A DNA stretch of 32,000 bases from the NCBI RefSeq assembly GCF_000400465.1, contig NW_008806285.1:1-32000 (forward strand), given 5' to 3'. The notes beneath the pieces were generated by a model. That model made no database searches. It saw nothing but the letters and a program-made list of their open reading frames with translations, and was not told where the DNA came from. Both the position numbers and the translations under genes were made by a program. Numbering within the stretch: the stretch's first letter is position 1; each line of letters begins with the position of its first letter. This document shows, piece after piece, positions 1 through 9,706 of the stretch. This DNA comes from Wallemia ichthyophaga EXF-994 (Eukaryota > Fungi > Basidiomycota).

Positions 1-303
1 AATGGCCAGAATCACATTAAGGAAAAAGAATAACAAGATAAATATTCTGTTCGAATTAGGACCAATACTCGGAAACGCACACTCTCTTAAAGCCCTTTAC
101 CAGTTCTTTAAACCGCAATTGACTATGTACCAAAGATACTCCAGTGGTTCAGCGTAACTGAGAGTAACTATCAATTTACAAATTACGACGCTAGTCAAGA
201 AACGCTTCCAGTTAATTCAGCGCCCCTTTTGACTCCTCATGCTTTAAAAAGTACTGATAGGCGCAGTTTAAACATGCATCGTCTTAACAATATATTCAGA
301 TTT

Positions 304-318
304 CATCATCATCATCAT
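304..318. repeat. (CAT)5 microsatellite
   Basis: catcatcatcatcat read directly, followed by cac. Confidence 0.8.
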
Positions 319-1322
319 CACCGAATATTTGGCTTTTCGAAGGGTTACAAGGCTTAAGCATTGCAGAAATCGCTTACAATAGGATACATACTGTCTCAAT
401 AAAAAGTAAAAATTAAAAAAAAATGAGCTGGAAACAAAAAGGTATTGCCTTTATGGTATTATTGAGTCGGGAAACATTATCTTATACAATCGTACTCCTA
501 CCGATGATTCTGCGACTCAAGTTAACATCACAGCTGGCCTAAAGTCAAACCAATGATGAAGATGGAAGCAAAAAAAAAGCTTTGATAGCTTAGAGAATAC
601 TATTGCGATTTTTTTGGTTGAAACATTTATCAAAACTCAAATGAACACTCAATGAGAAACAAACCTGATACACAGCAAAGTCAATTATACTTCAAGCAGC
701 AATATACTTAAATCGTTCGGCTGTATCGGATAAATTTTCCACATATCCAACGTACATCGAGTTAACATTTTCACTCTCAGCTGTCGATGGCAAACAGTCG
801 ATTTACGATTTTTGGAATCTCCAAAATAAAAAGGCTAAATTATTTCTACTAACTGAGGAGATCAATTTTCGGCTAGAGTAATATCCCTTTGGCTCAAATC
901 TTCCCTTGCAAGCTGCTTCGCATTTTGAAACTCGACATCGCCCTAGAGCACGCAATAGAGCAGTTATAGGAGATTTCGTTCGCTTCATCAGCATTTCCCA
1001 AAATACTTCTGGCTTGTACATATTGCAGTCACTCAAATATATTTATTAATCCCCTATTTAGACGCGTGTTGCTTTTTCCAACGCGTAGAGTCCACCAGTC
1101 TCAATATTGGAAGGACTAGTTTAGATCATAATGCAATATACAAACTTATTTTTGCAACAAAAGCCGGGGTCAACTCAACTCTGAAATCAGGGTTTGACCT
1201 ATGATCAGTGCATCTCAAAGTAAATCGTAGACTGAGTGGTGTTGCTCAGCTTATATTGGATCATTGAAAGTCAAGGTAGCCCAGATGATTTATTTCGAGC
1301 GTCAAATTACCATCCCTGTAAC

Positions 1323-1470
1323 ACTTCAAATCTGTCTAACCTAGTATATAGGTTCATCACGCTGGTATGCAGTCAAATTCACTGACCATTTCTACTACTT
1401 CAAATCTGTCTAACCTAGTATATAGGTTCATCACGCTGGTATGCAGTTAAATTCACTGACCATTTCTACT
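1323..1470. repeat. Tandem direct repeat, 2 x 74 bp, one mismatch
   Basis: Unit acttcaaatctgtctaacctagtatataggttcatcacgctggtatgcagt(c/t)aaattcactgaccatttctact at 1323-1396 and 1397-1470. Confidence 0.95.
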
Positions 1471-1562
1471 AAAGTCAATTATGTCGAATCATAATTTCAA
1501 TAGGACGAAATTCAATACAATATCTCCAAATACTTATATGTGGCGTTTTCAAAAAGGACTAT

Positions 1563-2303
1563 TTACTCGGCATCTGGATCCTGTAATAACTTTAGTAGGA
1601 TAGATAAAGGAGACAGCACTTGGCTTACGCAATTATTAATCCAGCTAAAAAATAAGTCACATCCTGGAGGTCCATCTTCGTTCCTTCTACAGGCAAATAG
1701 TTCTTTAGCAATCTCACAGTTCAATCCAGACGGATCACTACCATCTGTGGTCATTGCTATGCTGCCTTCCCATTGTCCATGATGCTCTACGTCTACAACG
1801 CACCGCGTACACTTGTCGCTGACAGCTTCACTTGTTTCTTTGATTACATCAAACAAAAAGGCGTATGACATCGTATCAGGAGCTACACCACTTACTGGGT
1901 ATATCTGAAAATGTGATGGTAAGCTCGAGTTTGCATCAGCGAACGCCGTAGCGGCGCGTCCAATAGGTGTATTAGGGATCAAACTAGAAGGTGATGGTAG
2001 CAAGGGAAGATACGATAAAGCTATGAAGAGATGTATCGTTAGAGTACTTGCTAGCTCGTATTGTTTGAGCTTGTAACATAGCGTATATATTACCGGTATC
2101 AAGCCGGCATGCCATGCTAGATATTTCAATTTCGTATACGATAAGCATTTATCTCCATAGCAGCCTCCTTCGTCATAAAGACATACATCTAAAAAACAGG
2201 GTGTTTCGATGCTCGTGCTTCTCAGGAGTTCAAAACCAACAGCGACAATTAACATAATGAGAGCGATAAAGATAATTTTGAGAAAATCAGAAAGCTTAAT
2301 CAT
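1563..2303 (-). CDS. Orphan Cys-rich membrane/secreted protein, 246 aa, intronless; possible killer-toxin/CSS2-like C-terminal domain
   Basis: Uninterrupted 246-aa ORF with an N-terminal hydrophobic stretch (IIFIALIMLIVAVGF), two further hydrophobic segments, 11 Cys and an NSS sequon. The C-terminal CTRCVVDVEHHGQWEG motif is present. The CDS is likely real; the function is inferred. Confidence 0.6.
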   Translation of the reverse strand: MIKLSDFLKIIFIALIMLIVAVGFELLRSTSIETPCFLDVCLYDEGGCYGDKCLSYTKLKYLAWHAGLIPVIYTLCYKLKQYELASTLTIHLFIALSYLPLLPSPSSLIPNTPIGRAATAFADANSSLPSHFQIYPVSGVAPDTMSYAFLFDVIKETSEAVSDKCTRCVVDVEHHGQWEGSIAMTTDGSDPSGLNCEIAKELFACRRNEDGPPGCDLFFSWINNCVSQVLSPLSILLKLLQDPDAE

Positions 2304-2628
2304 ATCGGTATTTATATTAGCACTTAAGTTTCAAATTCAATGTTTGGTATCACCCGGTGATGGTTCCGATGAACGATATTCTTAAGCGAGATTGAGTGCT
2401 TTTAATCATTTCCAAGCTGAACATGATTTCTTCGGAGTGCACTTCCTCCAAGTTGAAAGCTCAGCCAAGATTGATAAATTCATCAAGATTCTACCAAACC
2501 ACTTGGACTGCTTAAGGTGGTCATCTGCCTAGGCTCCTTCAACAAATGAGAATAAATGAACTTATATCAGAAATTGCCAATTACTGGCTACGGAATCCGG
2601 TGAATGCCTCAATTTTATACACCCAAGG

Positions 2629-3749
2629 ATGAATTTCGATCTTCCGGAAAGCTACACACTCAAAAATGCGAATTTGCGTGGTTTGAATTGGAAATATGTT
2701 GATTTACTCCCTAAAAGTCCACAAAAAGGCACTTTCTTACTTGTGCACGGCTTTCCCGATACATGTGATCATATGATACGAACGCAAGTGGATTCTGACA
2801 CACTGTCGCAGGGTTCAGCTGGCACACTGTCGCTAAGCAGCTCGTAACGGCTGGATATCGCTGTGTGATTCCATCGCTCGTCGGCTTCTGTGGGACAGTA
2901 AGTGATGGTTGTGAATACGGATATACAACACACATCTGACTCGCAATACACCAGGACACTCCTGATGACTTGAAGCGATACACGCGTGTTGAGATGGCTC
3001 ACGACATGGCAGCCCTACTCGAGCAGCTTGAAATTGAGCAAGTAGTCGCAGTTGGTCATGACTGGGGAAGTATGGCAGTGCAGCGGCTGGCCGCCATATC
3101 TCCATCTAAAGTTGAAAAAGTTATACTGTTGAGTGTGCCATACACACCGCCGGCGACAGTTAGATGCACACTGGAGAGCGTTGTGGAAGGAGGATTCCCC
3201 GTATTTGGATATCAGCTTCTGTGGAGAGATGACAAAACAATAGCGAGATTAGAAAGCAGCGAGCCTCTCCGTAAGTCCTTCTTCGCCAGTCTTTTCTCTA
3301 GGCCTGGCGACAAAAGTGTACGGCCTGTCGGATATAATTGGCAAAAACTCGGGTCGGAAGAGTGGGCTGCCGAAATGCATCCTCACACTACACACGAGTC
3401 GTCGCTTCTTGGTGCATTCTATGAATGGCACGTTGCCCAGTTCAGCAGGTTCGGCATGAGGGGTCCTTGCAGTCAGTATAAGGTTTGGGAGTTGAACAGC
3501 GAACTAGAAGTGCAGCTCGAGCTGCCACAACGCCTCGAACAACCCATTCTGCAGGTTTTCTTCGGCGGAGAAAGCCTCCTCAGTAATAGACAGAAGAGGA
3601 TGGCTGTCGAATCTTCTAACGATCAAATCAAGACTGTAATAGTGGAAGATGGGGAGTCTCACTGGTATTTGTTGGAAAAACCAGACACGATCAGCAAGCT
3701 TATTTTTGAGTATGTCGATTGCGCAGGGCAGGCTAAGAGTAATTTGTAA
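2629..3749 (+). CDS. Alpha/beta hydrolase, soluble epoxide hydrolase-like (about 338 aa, 3 exons)
   Basis: Introns 2765-2811 and 2898-2954 join the frames to give HGFPDTWFSW...GYRCVIPSLVGFCGT. GHDWG nucleophile elbow, lid Tyr in FGYQL and SQYK, catalytic His in SHWYLLEKP. Confidence 0.88.
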
Positions 3750-4201
3750 ATTGTGCGCGCGGAAATGATTCTTTGGAATAAATGAAATACAACAAGGCTT
3801 ATATGATAATGTAGCTGTAAGTTGAATCAACATTTATAGTGTGAAGTGTAAAATGTAAGGTTATAGGCGAAATACATGACCTAAGACGTCGGAAATAACA
3901 AAGAAAGTAAAAGTGCACCGTATATGCAAGGTATGAGTGTGGTTTGTTTTGTCTAAAAGGCATCTCTGGATTTCTTACGTGTATCTTAAAACCTGTATAA
4001 ATCATTTAATTAATCAATGTATCGTGGCTCATTTAAATTACTATCTGTCAATATCAACAAATTTGGAAAGTCGCTTAAGATAATGCTTCAATACAGCATA
4101 GGAAATCAAGGCTATCTCAGGAAGAAGGTTCTAACTCGTGATATCAGATATTGATGAGGCAACCAGATAAGTTAGGCAATAAATATTAAATATACTAAAA
4201 T

Positions 4202-7200
4202 CTATACAAAGGTTGATAATGCACCCAGCTTATCACTCAGCAACTTCTCGTTACTGTCTTTCAACATAACCAACCTCCTCTGCACTTCCTGCTCGCTTGC
4301 GTTGGCTTCATTTGGTAGTTTGAGTCCTTTTTCACTATTACCGTAACGCAAAACAACTATGGCCACATCTGGATGTGAAGATAGAAGAGAGACCATTAAA
4401 TCACGCTTCAGAGTTTCGTCCTGTGTGTTCCACAAGGTCAACGCAGAATGATGAAGTGCAATCCAAAACAAAAGCGGCTGCATATCCAACGAAAGCGACC
4501 TAGATGAAATAGCCCTTGCATAAGCTTTCACCACATCCTTGTTGTGCTCGATCGGGTAGAGAAGCTTGCCTACAAACCACTTTGGGAAGTCTGTCCATGT
4601 CAGCCTAATGCTCTTCAGACAGTTGGCGTGATCGACCCATAAGAGTCTTCTGTAGTCGTCGGCGAGATGCAGCGGAGGAAAGAGCATTGTGGCTGTGTTT
4701 GCATCTCCCAACGATATCGACTCGAACAGACCCACGTAATCGGTGAAAAGCTGGTAGAAAGGTACACCAGCCTTGGCTTCCTCCTGCACATCCTCCAACG
4801 TTTCCGATTCTTCCTCCAACCCCGACAAAGCTCTGTGCAACACCATTTTTAAGGCTATTTGTACGCGCTGATTTCTAAACACCTCGCCGCCTTCGACTCC
4901 CAACTCGAGTAGAAAGATGCGCATAAGTTGGAGCAATAGCGCACTGCTGGACGAAGGCAACACTCTATCCACCATTTCCTGCAGCGTCAAGCCACCCATG
5001 ACCAAGTCGACCTCGCTATAATTCCAATCTACAGGCAAATTTTTGAGCGCTTCGCTGTCAGCCGATCGTGAAAGCTCATCCAAAGTCATCTTGAGTGCCC
5101 ATTTGTCGTACAACAGAGTATTCGTATCATGAGGAATAGTAAGAGTTGAGATTTGAGACAGATCCTGACTCTGCACCGACACGCCTGCATATATTCCATC
5201 AACAAGCATAAGCTTTGCACTTTCAAGCAGCAGCGGAACTGTTGTCAGCTTTGCAGCTTCAACTTCACGTTCTGGGAAGTACGTTATTGAGGAAATCATT
5301 GGTATTGGTGTGTCTTTGAGAACATGTGTGAAAACTGCAATCATGATATTCTCATCACCCTCTCTTAGCACACTAAGTAAGCGCAGTGCTGACCTCAACT
5401 TGATGTCGCTGATCTCTGACTGTATTAAATGTCTGCCGACCAGATCCAATCCAGATCTCCAGTAATTATATGTCACTGTGTCAGCCTTCGAAATGTTGAC
5501 TAGTAGAACATCCTGTAAATCTTCGGATAGTGAATAATTACCGCAATAAGAAATTAACTGAGCAGCTGAATTGACAATGTTAAGTGCCTTTGCGGCTGTT
5601 TGGCAATCTTCCTTCATCAGTGTACATGATAAGATCGAATCTGCAGCCACTCGTGATTGGATATCAGCAACATTCCTGACAGATTGGACATCTACATGCT
5701 CTTCCAACCAGCCTCTCTTATCCGTGATACCTTTGTTACCTCTCAGCCAGACACTGATATAGGCCCAGATGGTTGACAAAGAGAGCTCATCTTGCACACC
5801 ACAAAGGCCTGCTAAAGCAAAGTCAATCATACTTTCCACCTGTGTCCATACGATGACATGGTGGGGTGTAGTATGATGAGGATCGATAGCGCAAATGGTC
5901 CACATCCTAAGCACGTTGAACAGAGAAGAGACAAAGTTGGTACTATTATTTGAAGAGCTTGTTTCTTTGTTGCTCAACCACTTCGCGCAATCCACACCAA
6001 TCGTCTCAATTACAGCCACGCCTTGCACAAAGCCATACATGGCCAATGTCTGCATCAGCTTGAGCGTCTCTATGGCCAAAAACCACGAGTCTTTTCGACT
6101 GCTGTTGAATGGAAGTATAGTGAGGTAGCGACTGGCGACATCTACGACTTTCTCACTCTTGACTGCGTGAGCATTGGACCGGGATGTTGAGGCAATACAT
6201 CTCAAAGCAGCAATAGCGAGGGAGTCGGGCTGATCTTCACTTGGCCAAGGCTTTTCGATGAATATACGTACAAACCTTTCTAAAAATAGAGGTGTATTTA
6301 CGCATTCGCTGGCGGTCTTGATGGAGTGTCTAGACAGTGCATACACGATGCTGGACACTTTTTTCAATTCATTGCTGTCGTCAGATATGACAGCATTGCC
6401 CTTGAGTAGATCATTAAGGGTGTCCACCAAGTCTGTCCTGAAAGTGAGGAAGGCGAGGGGCGACGAGAGCAATTCGCGCATTTCTTCAGGCTTAAGGGTG
6501 AGTTGTCCAGAGTATACCTTGAGTACGGGTGAAGCGCATTCTGCGTATGTGAAGGTGTCATAAAGCACACGATCTAGTCGCAAATGTTGTAAAAAAATAC
6601 TTGCTATGCCAGACAAACCAGCAACTACTATGCTTCTGTTGGTGTCATTCATTGCAAATCTAAGTGCAAGAACTGCCTTGCCTAGTTGTACATAGTTCAG
6701 CTTCTCAGCAGCGTTTTCTGGATATTCCTGCTTGTACCATTTCAAAAGCACATGAGAGAGCGAACGCAATGCTAGGATGCGTTGTGAGATGTTGATGCTT
6801 CCGCATAAAATTAAAAACTCGTCGACAGTGTAACCAGGTGAGCCTTGATCGCGGCCATGATGATGCATTCCTTCTAGATATGCTTGCGTGTCTTGTGGCA
6901 TTATGTCACCACTAAAGTCAAATCTAAGCGCGTCTTTCTTTGTTTCTGATGATGGTGGTGGGAGGGATGTGAGCCAGGAATGTTGATCTTCATTGTACTC
7001 GGCGTCTGGAAAGTACTTTTCGCGAATAAGGCGCTGTGTGGGGTCTTCTTGCCTTTCTTCAGGTGGAGATGTAGTCTGAATCCTGACTGATTTGCGCTGC
7101 ACTTGCGCTGCACCTTCTTTAAGCTGATTTAGTTTTAGAATGAGATGCTAGTAATAAATGTATCAACCAACCTCATTCTTGTCGTCATGGCCTGGCGTCT

Positions 7201-7576
7201 GTAATGGCTGCTCGTTGGCGTCGTTATCTTGCACATCTCCAGAGCCGCTCTTCTGCGCTCTCTTGCGCAGAAATTCTACCATCTTTGGTCCCAGCTTCTC
7301 TTCGATATCTGCTTGCTCGTGTGAAATCTCCTGTTGTGACATCTTCGATATAACATTTCTGTTCTCGGAGTCTATAGAACTATCTCCCGTCGACGATGCT
7401 GCCGTTGTTGCCGTTGCAGTGGCAGAAGTGCTGGGTGCAGCTTCATCGGCTTTCTGCTTGCTCGATTGGAATTTACTCCTGATTTTAGGCGTTGGAAATC
7501 CTTTAGTGGGCGCTGTTGGCGGCGCGGGTGCTTTCGCCGTGGACGTGGAGTCCTTTTCAACGATATCGCTAAGCAT
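4202..7576 (-). CDS. RBA50: RNA polymerase II-associated protein RPAP1/Rba50 (about 1108 aa)
   Basis: Exon 1 7576-7172 has the RPAP1_N-type motif SIDSENRNVISKMSQQEISHEQADIEEKLGPKMVEFLRKR. Intron 7124-7171. Exon 2 has the RPAP1_C-type motif LRFDFSG...MHHHGRDQGSPGYTVDEFLILCGS..SQRILAL. Further in-frame introns cannot be excluded. Confidence 0.88.
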
Positions 7577-7645
7577 CGCGGTGATGTCAAGAAACAAAGG
7601 AAATTTATAATTTATAATCAAGTACAAATGTATTTTTCCAAGCTG

Positions 7646-9668
7646 CTATTCACTGTCACTGTCTAACACAACCATCTTCACTTCTTCCTCTTTCTTTTCT
7701 TCAGGCGCTGGTCCTTTTGAGACTTGACTTGACGGCGCTTTCTTGAGACTGAGCGACTGTATAAGATTATCCTGCGCATCATCAGCATACTCATCTTGTA
7801 CACTTAAACACCCACTTTCTGCTTTGAATCGTTATTTGTATCTCTTTGATCACGATGAGCATTTCCAGCTGGATTGAATCCTATCTTGCGAATATGCTGA
7901 GAGTTGAACACCACTCTACGCGTATCAGCTGGCTCAGCTTGGCTTGACTTGCTTGTGGCTCTTGATCGCTTTGGTTTTGATACTTACGACATATAAGCAG
8001 AAGCCTACAGCTAATGTAAAACTTACGGTCTTTGATAATACCCTCATTCACCTCTCTTTGTCTCTTTCGTTTCAGTCGCTCTTCTTTCTCGCGCCCATAA
8101 ACACCCGAGGAGTTCTGCTCCGAGTTGTTTGTCGTAATGCCACTAAAGGTATATGTTGGTGTGTAGTTGGTATCATAGGGCTGGTGAAGTCTTAGATTGT
8201 GTTCAAAATTATCTAAAATAACTTACATCTTTGAATCCAGCAAATTTTCTATCTGATTCTTCGAAACCTCGCGTAGCTTTGTTCGAGCGAAATCTGTCTT
8301 TCTTTGCAGAAGCACCCATACCACCAGTACTAATGAGTAGGTTAGTATATCTTCAACTGAGACACCCTAATCCCACCTTGATGAAAATTCTGGTCTATTG
8401 TTTCTCGTCCTTTCTATCCCCGTCTGCATGTGAAATTCACACACCTTTCCTCTTCTCTTGTCTATCCATTTCGGACACCTCTCTCCTCCCTGTTTGAGAG
8501 CTTCACAATGACCATAATCCTTACTGTGCCCAATCACACAAATAGAATCAGCATTAACAACAGTCACACCGAGTATATTGCCTCGACCTTGATGTGGTTT
8601 CAGTATGTCGGGGTTGAGTAGGGCAATGACTGAGCCCTGCTTCATTTTCCAAAACTTTTCAAATGCACCTCCACTGCCACCACTGTAAAGCATCTCACCA
8701 TCAGAATCACGTTCGCTCTTCTCTGCAGCGAAAAGGAGTAGTTTCAAATGAGCATTTCCGCTCTGTGAGTGGTTCATATCAATTATACTAAACGAGCAGA
8801 AATTCTTGACACTGTGATCCTTCTGAAATTTGTTTTTCTGACGCACTTGATCCTCTACGTTGGTTTCTTGCTTACCTTTGGTCTGCTTGATACCGCTTCC
8901 TGTTCCAACTACACCAATAGTCACCCAATCATCTTGTACTGGTACATGGTAGCTTGTTCCACCTGGACTGATCTTGGCAACTGAGTAGACTGCTGAAGGA
9001 TATATGACGTAGCTCGAAGAAAGAGCTGCTGATAGTTGCGAGTGGGGAATGTATCTCTGGCTGTGTAGAGTTAGGTGACAGTTTGATTGTCACAAACGCA
9101 CCCACCTCAGACGCGTACTAGAATTTGGTTCCAGTTCCAGACAATCCTCATCAGGTTTTTCTGGATACTTTGAACCATGCTGCAGCTGTTCGATAATCTG
9201 AAGCTCCTCATCACGCATATTACTACGATCGGATATTTCCTGTAGGTTCTCTCTCCTGTTCTTGAATGATGTGCTCCTATTAGCACTGTAATCGATATCA
9301 TCATCACTACTTTGTCCAGATTGACGCGTCTTATTGAGTTTATTGAGATTGTTAAGGAGGCTTGATTGGTGTTTTATTTTCTCTTTCGCCCCCGGTTTGC
9401 TATTCTTAGGTGTAGTCGCGGTGTCTGCAACACGCGTCAGTGGAGTGATTCGTAGGGATAATGACTCACAACTCGATCCAAGTGATCTAGAAGTATTTGG
9501 TGGCTTATCAATGTTATCTGGCATCTTAGCCTTTGCTTTCTTCTGGGGTGAGTCGGGCACGAGCACATTGGATTTTGAGCTGGGCTGTTCGGGCGACTTA
9601 TTGCTACTCAATTGAGCTTCCAGCTTGGCAATTTGTGCACGAATTTCGTCATCCTGGTGGTGGCTCAT
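7646..9668 (-). CDS. MCM10: DNA replication factor Mcm10 (about 583 aa, 7 exons)
   Basis: Introns 9425-9469, 9061-9105, 8330-8376, 8181-8226, 7983-8026 and 7772-7815 give a phase-consistent frame. OB-fold VPVQDDWVTIGVV and GGAFEKFWKMKQGSVIALLNP; zinc finger GHCEALKQGGERCPKWIDKRRGKVCEFH; IRKIGFNP. Confidence 0.85.
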
Positions 9669-9706
9669 TGGGTTGCTCAAGTCAACGAGGATTGATAAAG
9701 AAATCG
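9669..9706. promoter_or_regulatory. 38-nt spacer between divergent MCM10 and GPI16 start codons (putative bidirectional promoter core)
   Basis: ATG (-) at 9668 and ATG (+) at 9707. The promoter role is inferred from the geometry only. Confidence 0.5.

Noticed and set aside
2-157. Open frame at the window start (MARITLRKK...SSGSA*)
   Set aside because: Only 51 aa with no motif; it could be the tail of an upstream gene or chance.
803-1036. 77-aa minus ORF with faint resemblance to a hAT transposase dimerisation motif (FW...P...AACKGRF)
   Set aside because: Spacing and the key residues (PASS, ERxFS) do not match, and I saw no TIRs, TSD or further transposase frame. An HMM search would be needed.
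1168-1249. Small hairpins (GGTCAA...TTGACC; CTGAG...CTCAG) suggesting an ncRNA or MITE
   Set aside because: Stems of 5-6 bp are expected by chance; there is no tRNA cloverleaf, A/B box or snoRNA box.
1323-1470. Possible CRISPR-like array
   Set aside because: Two adjacent 74-bp copies with no spacers, in a eukaryotic context, with no cas genes.
2345-2530. Coding-like minus-strand text with stops (NLDEFINLG*AFNLEEVHSEEIMFSLEMIK)
   Set aside because: Too short and without a recognisable family; pseudogene status cannot be supported.
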